The notes under the pieces were generated by a model. The model had not been told where the DNA came from and did no database searches. It saw only the letters and a program-made list of their open reading frames with translations. Source: an uncultured Candidatus Rokubacteria bacterium (lineage in GTDB: Bacteria > Methylomirabilota > Methylomirabilia > Rokubacteriales > DASRDR01). From it: a stretch of DNA of 64,000 bases. The translations under genes and the position numbers were made by a program. This document shows, in pieces, positions 18,513 to 28,496 of this stretch (positions are counted from its first letter, which is position 1; every line of letters begins with the position of its first letter). The stretch is from positions 896,001 to 960,000 of the forward strand of contig CAWDVE010000017.1 of assembly GCA_963805625.1 (NCBI GenBank). Direction: 5' to 3'.

Positions 18513-19661
18513 GTGAAGATCGCCGCGATCCGGCTGTACCTCGTGGAGTGCCGGCTGCCCGAGCCGCAGGGCAACGCGAACAGCTTCATCGACCGGCGCG
18601 CTGCCCTCCTCGTCGAGGTGAGGAGCGACGACGGCCTCGGCGGCTGGGGAGAGACCTGGCACTCGCCGTCCGCGGCTTGGACCATGATCGAGACGACGCT
18701 GGCGCCGGCCATCCTGGGTCAGGACCCGATGGAGTACCAGCGGCTCTGGGCCGCCATGCACGAGCGCTTGGGATACGAGCGCCAGGGCCCCGGCCTCATG
18801 GCACTGTCGGCCGTCGACATGGCGCTCTGGGACCTGCGCGGGCGCGCCCTGGGCCAGCCGATCTGCCGGCTGCTCGGCGGCCCGATCCGTACCCGTGTGC
18901 CGGCCTACGCGAGCGGGCCGTACCTGCGGCCGGGTCGCGACCCCTACCGCGCATACCGCCGCGAGGCCGAGCGCTACATCGCCCCCGGCTTCCGCGCCAT
19001 GAAGATGAAGATAGGCGTCGATCCCGCTGCGGACGGCCGCGCCGCGAGCGCCGTCCGGAAGGTCGTGGGCCCCGACATCATCTTGCTCGCCGACGCGAAC
19101 CAGGGCTACACGGTGCGGCCCGCGATCGAGGCGGGACGGCAGCTCGAGGCGGAGGGCTTCGCCTGGCTGGAGGAGCCGGTCGCGCCGGACGACGTCGAGG
19201 GGTACGCGCACGTGGCGGGAGCCCTCGGGCTCGCCGTCGTCGGAGGGGAGGCGCTCGGCGGCATCCGCGCGTTCCGGTCCTTCTTCGAGCGCAACGCCCT
19301 CGACGCCGCGCAGCCTGATCTCGCGATCGCCGGGGGCTTCACGGAAGTGGCGCGTGTCGCCGCCCTCGCCGCAGCCTGGGAAGTGCCGGTCGTCCCCCAC
19401 GTCTGGGGCACGGCGCTGAACCTCTACGCCTCACTCCAGCTCTGCGCGGTGCTGCCCGGATATCGGAGCCACACGTCCATGCCATACCCGTGGTTCGAGT
19501 ACGACCAGTCGCCCAACCCCTTGCGTGAGCTCTGGGGGGCTCCGGCCGTGGGGCCGGACGGAATGGTCGAGATCCCCCAGGGTCCGGGGCTGGGGATCGA
19601 GGTCGATCCGCAGGCGTTCGAGCCGTATCTCCTGCGTCGCGCCGAGGTCAGTCGCGACTGA
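18513..19661 (+). CDS. Mandelate racemase/enolase-superfamily enzyme, D-galactarolactone cycloisomerase-like
   Basis: GWGE, KMKIG, DANQGY, EEP, GGE, QPD, PHVWGT, GPGLG. Confidence 0.9.
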   Translation: MKIAAIRLYLVECRLPEPQGNANSFIDRRAALLVEVRSDDGLGGWGETWHSPSAAWTMIETTLAPAILGQDPMEYQRLWAAMHERLGYERQGPGLMALSAVDMALWDLRGRALGQPICRLLGGPIRTRVPAYASGPYLRPGRDPYRAYRREAERYIAPGFRAMKMKIGVDPAADGRAASAVRKVVGPDIILLADANQGYTVRPAIEAGRQLEAEGFAWLEEPVAPDDVEGYAHVAGALGLAVVGGEALGGIRAFRSFFERNALDAAQPDLAIAGGFTEVARVAALAAAWEVPVVPHVWGTALNLYASLQLCAVLPGYRSHTSMPYPWFEYDQSPNPLRELWGAPAVGPDGMVEIPQGPGLGIEVDPQAFEPYLLRRAEVSRD

Positions 19662-20010
19662 GGGCCCGAAGGGCGGCGACGAAGCGCTCGTCGCCCTCGG
19701 GCGTCACCAGGAGCGGGCGGCCGATCCGCGGGAGTGCACGGCGGCCTCGGCGATCTCGCGGGCCGGGATGGTCCGGACCCGCAGCGGCCACAGAATCTGG
19801 AGGCCGCCACCGTCCACCTCGAACGCGGTCGGCCGCCAGAAGTGGCACACCGCCGCGTAGAGCCCGAGGATCAAGGCCGACACCGTTACCGACACGGCCC
19901 CCGCCGGCCCGCGCCCTGGGAGGCGCCCAGGGCGAGCGCCAGGGCGGGGCGACCACGATCCACGGAGGAGGCGGATGTCCGCCGACATCGGCGCGAGCCC
20001 GAACCGGGTG
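19648..20010 (-). pseudogene. Decayed bacterial PH-domain membrane protein
   Basis: Pieces FGLAPMSADIRLL, LYAAVCHFWRPTAFEVDGGGLQILWPLR and RPLLVTPEGDERFVAAL lie in different frames. Confidence 0.45.
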
Positions 20011-20254
20011 ACCCGACGGGCGCGACTCCCCGGAGCGCAAGAGAACCTCCCGCTTCTCGGGCGTCCAGCAGACGAGACTCCCGGCCCGCTCGACGTCAAG
20101 GCCGCGAGAGGCGCTCGCAACGGCTTGTCATCGACCCGGGGACCGGTCTACCATCCTTCCTTACCGAGGCGGTCGTCGAGGATGGACGACGGGATGACCC
20201 GGAGTACGCGCCTCGTCCTCGGCGCGCGGGAGACACTCACCAGGAGGGTCACGT

Positions 20255-21853
20255 ATGGCACGGGGCACATCAGGTTCGCGTCGAGGGATTGATCGGCGCA
20301 CGTTCCTGGGGGGAAGCCTGGCGCTCGGAGGAGGTCTCGCGGGTCTCGACCTCTCTAGAGCGCAGCTGGTCTCCGCCCAGACACCCAAGCGCGGAGGGAC
20401 GCTCACCGCCGCCGCCGAGATCGATCCGGTCGCCCTCGACCCCCACACCGGCTCGAATTTTTCTTCGGTCCAAGCCTACGACCACATCTACGAGAGCCTG
20501 ACGACGTACGACGAGAAGACCAACATCATCCCGTGCCTGGCCCAGAGCTGGGAGATCTCGAACGGCGGGAAGACCTACACGTTCAAGCTCCGCCCGAACG
20601 TGAAGTTCCACAACGGCCAGACGATGACGGCGGACGACGTCAAGTACAGCATCGACCGGGTCCTCGACCCGAAGACCGCCTCGCCGTGGGTGAGCTGGCT
20701 GAACGCGATCAAGGAGATCAAGGTCGTCGATCCCCTGACCGTCCAGATGAACCTCGACGCGCCCTATCCGCTGCTCGGCTCGTTCGCCGGCATGCGGGCG
20801 TCGGGGATCATGCCCAAGGGGTTCGCGGAGCAGGAAAACCTCAAGATCAAGGGCATCGGCACCGGGCCGTTCAAGCTGGTCGAGTACGTGCCACAGGACC
20901 GGATCGTCTACGCCCGGAATCCCGACTACTGGGACAAGGCGCTCCCGTACCTCGACGGGATGGTGTTCAAGGTCCTGACCGAGGAGAATGCCCGAATCGC
21001 CGCGCTCCGCGCCGGCCAGATCCAGTATGCGTTCCTCAACGCTCAGGGCGCGGCCCAGCTCGAGGGCGCGCCGGGGATCGCGGTCCAGAAGAGCCCGTAT
21101 GCGTGGGTGGTCCTTCACTACATCAACACGCGAAACAAGCCGCTGAACGACGCGCGCGTCCGGCGTGCCATGCGGATGGCGGTCGACACGAACGAGGTGA
21201 TCCAGAAGGCGGCGTACGGCGCCGCGGTGCCCTCCGGGCCCGTCCCCACGGGGTACGGCGACTGGTACCTCGACCCGAAGACGCTGCCCTACCTCAAGCC
21301 GGACGTCGAGGGCGCTAAGAAGCTCCTGGCCGAAGCCGGATATCCGAACGGCTTCAAGATCGAGATCAAGTGCTCGCCCCAGTATCCCGAGTTCGTCGCC
21401 TCGACGCTCGTGATCCAGGAGTCGCTCAAGAAGCTCAACATCGACGTCACCGCCACCCAGATGGAGTGGGGCGCGTTCGTGGCCGAGAACGCCAAGTCGA
21501 ACAACTCGTGTGGCAAGGAGGGCTCGGACATCTACGCCTCGGCCAACACGTTCCGCCCCGACCCGGACGGGTTCCTCTACTCCTATTTCCATTCGAAAGG
21601 CAACCTCAACAAGGGCGGGTGCGACACCCCCGACACGAAGCTCGACGCCTTGCTGGCGGAAGCGCGCCAGTCCACCAACCAGGCGGAGCGGCGCCGGCTC
21701 TACGAGGAAGCCCAGCGCATCGTGGTCCGGGACTGCCAGAACTGGTGGTGGTACGCGAAGTTCAACATTGAGGCGGTGTCGAGCAAGCTCCAGGGTTACT
21801 CCCAGTCGTTCACCGGCCGCCGGCTCTTCCTCAAGAAGGCCTGGCTGGCCTAG
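20255..21853 (+). CDS. Family-5 ABC substrate-binding protein with Tat signal
   Basis: IDRRTFL twin-arginine motif, YTFKLRPNVKFHNG, GTGPFK. Confidence 0.93.
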   Translation: MARGTSGSRRGIDRRTFLGGSLALGGGLAGLDLSRAQLVSAQTPKRGGTLTAAAEIDPVALDPHTGSNFSSVQAYDHIYESLTTYDEKTNIIPCLAQSWEISNGGKTYTFKLRPNVKFHNGQTMTADDVKYSIDRVLDPKTASPWVSWLNAIKEIKVVDPLTVQMNLDAPYPLLGSFAGMRASGIMPKGFAEQENLKIKGIGTGPFKLVEYVPQDRIVYARNPDYWDKALPYLDGMVFKVLTEENARIAALRAGQIQYAFLNAQGAAQLEGAPGIAVQKSPYAWVVLHYINTRNKPLNDARVRRAMRMAVDTNEVIQKAAYGAAVPSGPVPTGYGDWYLDPKTLPYLKPDVEGAKKLLAEAGYPNGFKIEIKCSPQYPEFVASTLVIQESLKKLNIDVTATQMEWGAFVAENAKSNNSCGKEGSDIYASANTFRPDPDGFLYSYFHSKGNLNKGGCDTPDTKLDALLAEARQSTNQAERRRLYEEAQRIVVRDCQNWWWYAKFNIEAVSSKLQGYSQSFTGRRLFLKKAWLA

Positions 21854-21860
21854 TGAATCG

Positions 21861-21928
21861 GAGGGGGGGCTTCACCCCCCTTCTCGGGTCACCCGGCGCA
21901 CGTCGCGCTCGCGGGCGCGACGTGCGCC
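21861..21928. repeat. REP-like double stem-loop between SBP and permease
   Basis: gagggggg-gcttca-cccccctt, and a perfect 14-bp inverted repeat ggcgcacgtcgcgc (21895-21908) / gcgcgacgtgcgcc (21915-21928). Confidence 0.7.
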
Positions 21929-22006
21929 ATCCTCGAGGGGGGCCGTCGGCCCGCGCGGTCCACAGGCCGTAGGACGCTCGAAGAGTCCCAGGAACGCTGA
22001 TCGGCG

Positions 22007-22954
22007 ATGCGATACCTCGCGCGGCGCGCGGTCTGGACCATCGTGGCCCTGCTCGGCGTGTCCGTGCTCATCTTCCTGCTCGTCCGACTCCTCCCCGGCA
22101 ACATCGTCGACATCATCGCGGGAACCGAGGGTCAGCTCAGTCGCGCGCAGCGCGCGGCCGTGCTCCGGGAATTCGGCCTCGACCGTCCGCTCCTGGTGCA
22201 GTACCTCCTGTGGCTCGGCAACATGCTCCAGGGCAACTTCGGCTGGTCGTTCCGCACCAGCCAGCCCGTCGCCGCGCTGATCGTGTCGCGGCTGCCGATC
22301 ACGATCGAGCTGGCCGTGCTCGCGATCCTGGGCGTCGCCTTAGTCGGGATCCCGCTCGGGGTGGCGGCGAGCGTGTCCCGGAGCCTCCGGGTGCGCACGC
22401 TGGTCCAGATCGTGGGCGTCCTCGGATTGTCCCTGCCGAACTTCTGGATCGCCATCCTGCTGATCATCGGCGCATCCTCGCTCTTCGGCTGGCTGCCGGC
22501 CCTCATCTACGTGACGCCGTGGGCGGATCCGTGGATGAACGTCCAGCAGATGTTCCTGCCCGTGCTGTCGCTGGCGCTCGGGCTCTCGGCGGTCGTCGTC
22601 CGCATGACCCGCTCGTCGATGCTGGAGGTCCTGGGACAGGACTTCATCCGGGTCGCTCGTGCCAAGGGACTGGCCACGCGGGCCGTCCTTCTGCGTCACG
22701 CGCTGCGGAACGCGCTGATCCCGATCGTCACGGTCCTCGGCCTCCAGACGGGGTTCCTCCTGGGCGGGGTGGTGATCACCGAGCAGATCTTCGGCCTGCC
22801 GGGGCTGGGATGGACCCTGCTGAACGGGGTGTACCAGCGCGATTACCCCGTGGTGCAGGGGACCGTGATGGTCTTCGCCGTCACCTTCGTTCTCGTCAAC
22901 CTCCTCGTGGACCTCCTGTACACGTACCTGGATCCGCGCATCCGCTATGAGTGA
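22007..22954 (+). CDS. Dpp/Opp-type ABC permease (DppB-like)
   Basis: EAA-like loop ARAKGL, RDYPVVQG, DPRIRY. Confidence 0.93.
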   Translation: MRYLARRAVWTIVALLGVSVLIFLLVRLLPGNIVDIIAGTEGQLSRAQRAAVLREFGLDRPLLVQYLLWLGNMLQGNFGWSFRTSQPVAALIVSRLPITIELAVLAILGVALVGIPLGVAASVSRSLRVRTLVQIVGVLGLSLPNFWIAILLIIGASSLFGWLPALIYVTPWADPWMNVQQMFLPVLSLALGLSAVVVRMTRSSMLEVLGQDFIRVARAKGLATRAVLLRHALRNALIPIVTVLGLQTGFLLGGVVITEQIFGLPGLGWTLLNGVYQRDYPVVQGTVMVFAVTFVLVNLLVDLLYTYLDPRIRYE

Positions 22955-23846
22955 CGTCGGGGCCACGCCGGCTGTCGGTCCCTTGCCGCGTGGCCTCGAC
23001 GCGGCGCAGCTCGCCCGCGCCCGATTCCTACGCACGCTCGCGGGTACGCCGGTCGCCCTCATCGGCGCGGTACTGGTCGGCATCGTGGTGCTGGTGGCGC
23101 TGACGGCCCCGCTCATCGCGCCGTACAGCCCGGTCTCCCAGATCGCGAAGCCGTTGCTGCCGCCCGGGGCGACGCACCTCCTGGGCACCGACGAGTTCGG
23201 GCGCGACGAGCTGAGCCGTCTGATCTGGGGGGCGCGGGTGTCCCTCTACGTCGGCGGGCTGGCCGTCCTCATCGCGCTAGGGCTGGGGGCGTCGGCGGGC
23301 GTCCTGGCCGGCTTCTTCGGAGGCTGGCTGGACGACGTGATCATGCGGATCATGGACGTCGTGCTGTCGCTGCCGGCTCTGGTGCTGGCGATCGCCATCA
23401 CCAGCGTGCTCGGCCCGACGCTGACCAACGCGATGCTCGCCATCGGCCTTGTCTACGCGCCGACCTTCGCGCGGGTGGCGCGGGGACCGACCCTGACGGT
23501 CGTGCAGGTGCCCTTCATCGAGGCGGCCCGGTCGATCGGCGCCTCCAACGGGCGGATCATCGCGCGGCACGTCCTGCCGAACGTGGCGGCGCCCATCCTG
23601 GTCCAGATGACGGTGTCGTTCTCGACGGCCATCCTGACGGAAGCCGCCCTCTCCTTCCTCGGCCTCGGCACCCAGCCGCCGACGGCCTCGTGGGGGCTCA
23701 TGCTGAGCGCCGCCCGCCAGTACATGCTGATCGATCCCTGGATCGCCGTGCTGCCCGGCTGTGCCATCGCGGTGACGGTGCTCGGCTTCAACCTCCTCGG
23801 CGACGGCCTGCGCGACTTCCTGGACCCCCGGATGCGGACGCTCTGA
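22947..23846 (+). CDS. Dpp/Opp-type ABC permease (DppC-like)
   Basis: LGTDEFGRD, EAARSIG, LSFLGLG, GDGLRD. Confidence 0.93.
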   Translation: MSDVGATPAVGPLPRGLDAAQLARARFLRTLAGTPVALIGAVLVGIVVLVALTAPLIAPYSPVSQIAKPLLPPGATHLLGTDEFGRDELSRLIWGARVSLYVGGLAVLIALGLGASAGVLAGFFGGWLDDVIMRIMDVVLSLPALVLAIAITSVLGPTLTNAMLAIGLVYAPTFARVARGPTLTVVQVPFIEAARSIGASNGRIIARHVLPNVAAPILVQMTVSFSTAILTEAALSFLGLGTQPPTASWGLMLSAARQYMLIDPWIAVLPGCAIAVTVLGFNLLGDGLRDFLDPRMRTL

Positions 23847-23894
23847 GCGGGCGGAGTCGACGCTCGCGCGGCTTCGGATTGGCCGCCGCCGACG

Positions 23895-25100
23895 TCAGTC
23901 AGGGGTCTTGGCGGACTCGGGGACTCGAACCCAGGGGACGAGGAGCCCGCACAGTCCGATCGTGGTCGCGCTGATGGCGATGAGCCAGCTGAGCCCGACC
24001 AGGTCGTAGAGCTGCCCGCCCAGCCACGCGGCCCCGGTCGTGCCGAGGTTGTTGACCGACATGAGCGCAGCGAAGAACGTCCCCTCCGCACGGCGGGGGA
24101 CCGCCCGGGCCGCCAAGTCAAGGGTGGCGAGCAGCGCCACCGCCGAGACGAAGCCGACGACGAGCGTCAGCACGACCGCCGACCACCAGCCCACCAGGCC
24201 GTAGTAGGCGAGGGTCCCCGCCACGCCGATCGCGACCGCGATGTACAGCAGCGTCTGCGGCGCGAGCCGCGTCGCATAGCGCCCGAAGACCATGGCGCCG
24301 AGCATCGCGGCGCCGCTCCCGAGGCTCGTCAGGATGCCGAGCTGGATCTTGGTGATCCCCAGCGCGTCCACCATGTGGTACTCGAGCGGCACGCCGAACG
24401 ATGGGGTGAAGTTCCAGAGGAAGATGAACGCCGCGGCCCGCCAGAGCGGCCCCGAGCGGATGCCCTCGCGGAGCGCAGCGAGCGTTTCCCGCACCGTGGC
24501 ACGGTCGAAGCGCGTCCAGGGCTCGTGCACGGCCCAGGTGGAGGCGGCGAACGAGAGTACCGGGAACAGCGCGACCAGCAGGAACGTTCGGCTGTAGGAG
24601 ACGTGGGCCGAGAGGTAGCCGCCGGCGATCCCCGCCAGGAGGCTGGCCCCGTAGATCGCCGTCCACTGGGTTGACTGGAAGCGGGCCGTGAGACCGCGCG
24701 CCTTGCCCTCCTCCACCATCACTGCGTCGCAGAGAACGTCCGTGAACGCGAGCCCCATGCCCGTCAGCCCGAGGGTCACGAGCGTGAGCCCCCACGGGTA
24801 CACGGGCAGCAAGCCCAGCACGAGCCAGCCCAGCGCCGCCAGCGCGGTGGTCACGAGGAGGTAGGACCGACGCCGGTACCCCAGGAGCGGGACCAGGTCC
24901 GACGTGAGGCCGTAGAGCGGCTTCACGTTCCAGGCGAACCCGATGAGCGCGAGGAACGTGGCCGTCTCGGCGGCGCTGAGCCGCATCTCCTCCTTGAGCA
25001 GGAAGAAGAGCGGCTGCGTCGCGAGCCCCGCCTTCGGCTCGGCGAGGCCCTGGACGGCGTAGACGGTGGCGAAGAAGACCAGGAGCCGACGGAGCGGCAC
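23895..25100 (-). CDS. BT1 folate/biopterin-type MFS transporter
   Basis: W-x-x-KPLYGLTSD-x-x-P-x-x-GYRRRSY signature, DVLCDAVMVE. Confidence 0.85.
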   Translation of the reverse strand: MPLRRLLVFFATVYAVQGLAEPKAGLATQPLFFLLKEEMRLSAAETATFLALIGFAWNVKPLYGLTSDLVPLLGYRRRSYLLVTTALAALGWLVLGLLPVYPWGLTLVTLGLTGMGLAFTDVLCDAVMVEEGKARGLTARFQSTQWTAIYGASLLAGIAGGYLSAHVSYSRTFLLVALFPVLSFAASTWAVHEPWTRFDRATVRETLAALREGIRSGPLWRAAAFIFLWNFTPSFGVPLEYHMVDALGITKIQLGILTSLGSGAAMLGAMVFGRYATRLAPQTLLYIAVAIGVAGTLAYYGLVGWWSAVVLTLVVGFVSAVALLATLDLAARAVPRRAEGTFFAALMSVNNLGTTGAAWLGGQLYDLVGLSWLIAISATTIGLCGLLVPWVRVPESAKTPD

Positions 25101-25182
25101 GGGCTGCCCCGCGCCGGGCCCCGTCGAGGATGCCCCCCCGCCGCCGGAGCCGGGCGGCGCCGCCCGGCTCGCGCCTGGACCG

Positions 25183-25572
25183 CTATGGCTGGACGACGAG
25201 GTCGATCTCGACCAGCGCGCCGAGGGCGAGGCCGGTGACGCCGACGCAGGTCCGGCCGGGGAGCCGCCCCGGCGCGAAGTAGCTCGCGTAGACTGCGTTC
25301 ATCGCCGGGTAGTCGGCGAAGTTGACGAGGTAGACCCGCGCGAAAACGATGCGCGCCAGGCTCGTGCCCGCCCCGCTCAGGACCGCCTGGAGGTTCCGCA
25401 TCACCTGGTGGGTCTGCTCGGTGACGCCGCCGCCAATGAGCTCGCCCGTCGCGGGGTCGGCGGGCAGCTGTCCGGTGACGAAGAGGAAGTCCCCGGCGCG
25501 CACCGCGTGGCTGTACGGCGCCGTGGGCGGAGGCGGTGGGGCGCCCGGGACCATGAGGAACTCCAGGTCCAT
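25183..25572 (-). CDS. RidA/YjgF-family protein
   Basis: APYSHAVRAGDFLFVTGQLP, MNAVY, PGRTCVGV, LVEID. Confidence 0.9.
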   Translation of the reverse strand: MDLEFLMVPGAPPPPPTAPYSHAVRAGDFLFVTGQLPADPATGELIGGGVTEQTHQVMRNLQAVLSGAGTSLARIVFARVYLVNFADYPAMNAVYASYFAPGRLPGRTCVGVTGLALGALVEIDLVVQP

Positions 25573-25719
25573 GGCGTCACAGGATGGGCCGGCGCCCGCG
25601 GAGGTGTCAAGGCGCGCCGCGAGTGCGTCGTCGCTTGACTTCGACTGGGGCGTGGGCGAGAGTCGGGCGCGGCGCGCGGGGCCCGCTCGCGCGAGGCCGG
25701 TGACGTGAAAGGAGCGGCG

Positions 25720-26748
25720 ATGCGGCTGGGGCTCGGTCTGGGATATGCGGGGGCGCGCGTGCACGTCGACGTCCAGGCCGTGCAGGATGCGGAGCGTCTC
25801 GGCTACCACTCGGTCTGGACGGCGGAGGCCTACGGCTCGGACGCCGTGGTCCCTCTCGCTTGGATCGGCGCGCTGACCTACCGCATCCGCCTCGGCACCG
25901 CGATCCTCCAGATGGCGGCGCGCACGCCAGCCATGACCGCGATGACGGCGATGACGCTCGATGGGCTGTCGGGCGGGCGAGTGCTCCTCGGCCTCGGCGT
26001 GTCCGGCCCCCAGGTGGTCGAGGGCTGGCACGGGCAGCCGTTCGGGAAGCCCCTGGGCCGGACGCGCGAGTACGTGTCCATCGTGCGAGCCATCCTCGCG
26101 CGCCAGCGGCCGCTCGAGCACATGGGGCAGTATTACCAGATCCCGTATCGCGGGTCCGACGCGACCGGCCTCGGGAAACCGCTCCGGAGCATCGTGCATG
26201 CGCGCGCCGACCTCCCGATCTACCTCGCCGCGATCGGGCCGAAGAACGTCGCGCTCGCCGCGGAGATCGCCGACGGCTGGCTGCCCGTGTTCTTCTCGCC
26301 GGGGCGCGCCGGCCTCTTTCACCAGGCGCTCGCCGAGGGCTTCGCCCGGGCGGGCGTGTCGGGCAAGCGCGAGCGCTTCGACGTCGCCCCCATGGTGCCG
26401 GTGGTGGTGGGTCGCGATGTGGACGCCTGCCGCGCCCAGGTGAAGCCCCGCCTGGCGCTGTACGTGGGGGGCATGGGGGCGCGGGGACGGAACTTCTACT
26501 TCGACCTCGCCTGCCGCTACGGCTACGAGGAGGCGGCCACTCGCGTCCAGGGGCTATACCTGGCTGGCCGCCGGCCAGAGGCGGAGGCCGCGGTGCCGGA
26601 CGCGCTCGTCGACGAGGTCGCGCTCTGCGGCCCGCCGGAGCGAATCCGGGAGCGCCTCACGGCGTGGCGCGAGGCCGGGGTGACCACGCTCGTCTGTTCG
26701 ACAACCCAACCTGAGGCGATCCGCCTGATGGCGGAGCTGGTTCTCTGA
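25720..26748 (+). CDS. LLM-class, probably F420-dependent oxidoreductase
   Basis: [33 protein letters not shown] (Rv3520c-like subgroup). Confidence 0.9.
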   Translation: MRLGLGLGYAGARVHVDVQAVQDAERLGYHSVWTAEAYGSDAVVPLAWIGALTYRIRLGTAILQMAARTPAMTAMTAMTLDGLSGGRVLLGLGVSGPQVVEGWHGQPFGKPLGRTREYVSIVRAILARQRPLEHMGQYYQIPYRGSDATGLGKPLRSIVHARADLPIYLAAIGPKNVALAAEIADGWLPVFFSPGRAGLFHQALAEGFARAGVSGKRERFDVAPMVPVVVGRDVDACRAQVKPRLALYVGGMGARGRNFYFDLACRYGYEEAATRVQGLYLAGRRPEAEAAVPDALVDEVALCGPPERIRERLTAWREAGVTTLVCSTTQPEAIRLMAELVL

Positions 26749-26837
26749 CCGACCGGCCCGTCACGTCGGCGACGGGTTAGCTCCGCGGGCACCGAGCCGG
26801 GGCGAGACCCGGCTCGGGCGGAGCGCCCTCGGCTCGC

Positions 26838-27266
26838 TCAGAAGAGGCGGCGGGCCTCCTGGAAGTCCCGGTCCCCCTGCAGCTCCGCCGCCAGGGCCTC
26901 GAGTGATCCACGAGCTGACACCGTGTCGCCGCGGGCCGTGATCAGCTCGACCAGGACCTGCGCGCGCTCTCCCCACCCGCGGGCCTTCGCGGTGTAGCGC
27001 CAGGGATCCGGATGGGTGAGCTTGCTCCGCTGGATCTCGTCACGCAGGCGCTCGGCTTGCTCGCCGAGGGTGGGTCCGGCCGCGGGGGGCGCGGGCCGCG
27101 CCGTCGCGGCGGCCCGCTTCGGGGGCGCGGCCGCCGGGGCCTTGGCGGCGGTCTTCGTCGCGGCCTTCGCCGTCTTCGTGGGCCTGGCCGCGGGGCTCGA
27201 AGCCGCCTTGGCCGGTTTGCTCGCTGCCTTCTTCGTCACGGAGCGCTTCCCTGTCTTCTTCGCCAC
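26838..27266 (-). CDS. Hypothetical protein with Lys/Ala/Pro-rich N-terminal tail
   Basis: GAGGAGG RBS; AKKTGKRSVTKKAASKPAKAASS... followed by a helical domain ending DRDFQEARRLF. Confidence 0.75.
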   Translation of the reverse strand: MAKKTGKRSVTKKAASKPAKAASSPAARPTKTAKAATKTAAKAPAAAPPKRAAATARPAPPAAGPTLGEQAERLRDEIQRSKLTHPDPWRYTAKARGWGERAQVLVELITARGDTVSARGSLEALAAELQGDRDFQEARRLF

Positions 27267-27287
27267 GGTCTTGTCGTCCTCCTCGCG

Positions 27288-28151
27288 TCACTTCGGTGGG
27301 GGATCGAGTCGGTCGCCGGATTTCCTCTCAGGGTCGGACAGCCCGACCAGAGGGCGCACCAGATGATACAGCGCAAACACCTCGAGAGCGAACGGCGGGA
27401 ACCCGAGATATCCGGCCAGAGGCATCTCGAAGAGCCGCAGCGAGGGGAAGACGGGGACGCCCACGTACCGCCACTTGGCCAGGGCCCAGTAGTTCCAGAA
27501 TTCCCAGAGAACGCCGCACACGATCCCGGCGACGAGCCACCGTCGGATGAACCGCCGGTCACCGGCACGCCAGGCGGCCAGGAAGGACGGCCGCCCCGCG
27601 TGCGCGTTCAGAGGGTCCAGGAGCAGTACGAAGCCGAGCCACACGAAGCCGAAGGTCCACGGCCGCACGGCAGCCGGGAGGAATAGCGGAACGGTGACGA
27701 AGGCGACGCCGACGGTCATTGCCAGGCGGAGTCCGACCGACAGGGGCACCGGCTCACGCGCCGTGGGCGGTGTGGGTAAAGACCCCGCCCCCAGCAGCGC
27801 GGCCGTCTCGAAGAGCGCGGGCCAGATCGTGGCGAAGGCCCAGGCGTACGCGACGGCGGCGACCCAGGGGGACTCGGGCACACCGAAATACGCCCAGTTC
27901 CGGAGGCGCGCGTTATAGCCTTCGAAGAGGAGCCAGAGCGGGATCGAGACGGTCGCCATGAGGGCGGCCTCCCGGGGCCTGTCGCGGAGTAGCGAGTGGC
28001 CGTCCCGCCGGAGGACCCAGGCATCCGCCAGCAGGATGTACGCCGTCCACATAATCGGTGTGTACCAGCGGGCCAGGGGGCCGATCTGCCACGGGAGCAG
28101 AGCCTGGTTCACGAGGAGGACGAACGCCCCGAGCCATCCGTGCCACGCCAT
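27288..28151 (-). CDS. Integral membrane hypothetical protein with internal repeat
   Basis: Multiple TM segments; repeated W..FE..N....W.Y motifs (WLLFEGYN..NWAY; LWEFWNYW..KWRY), LFEMPLAGYLGFPPF. Confidence 0.8.
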   Translation of the reverse strand: MAWHGWLGAFVLLVNQALLPWQIGPLARWYTPIMWTAYILLADAWVLRRDGHSLLRDRPREAALMATVSIPLWLLFEGYNARLRNWAYFGVPESPWVAAVAYAWAFATIWPALFETAALLGAGSLPTPPTAREPVPLSVGLRLAMTVGVAFVTVPLFLPAAVRPWTFGFVWLGFVLLLDPLNAHAGRPSFLAAWRAGDRRFIRRWLVAGIVCGVLWEFWNYWALAKWRYVGVPVFPSLRLFEMPLAGYLGFPPFALEVFALYHLVRPLVGLSDPERKSGDRLDPPPK

Positions 28152-28174
28152 CTCCTTCTCTATATACTCGGAAC

Positions 28175-28372
28175 GTGTCGATCCTGACGCGTCTCCTCCG
28201 CCGCCTGAACCTGCGCTTCCCTACCCTCTTCGCGCTCTTCGCGCTGCTGACCCTGCTCGATCTCGTCCTGCCGGATCCGCTCCCGCTGGTCGACGAGCTC
28301 GGGCTCGCGCTCCTCACGCTCCTGCTCGGTCTCTGGCGCGATCGGCGACCCCCGCCGGCACTGGGACGCTAG
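28175..28372 (+). CDS. Small membrane protein (DUF6116-like)
   Basis: LRFPTLFALFALLTLLDLVLPDPLPLVDEL motif; GTG start. Confidence 0.7.
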   Translation: MSILTRLLRRLNLRFPTLFALFALLTLLDLVLPDPLPLVDELGLALLTLLLGLWRDRRPPPALGR

Positions 28373-28496
28373 CCCACGTGCGTCCGGCCCCGCGGAAGCG
28401 TGCCCAGGGCACCGGTGCCGGGTGCGTGAGGTTGACCCGCGGGGGCGCCCGGGTGGAAAATGGCGACCAGATTTCCCGGTTCGAAAGGGGGCGTGC

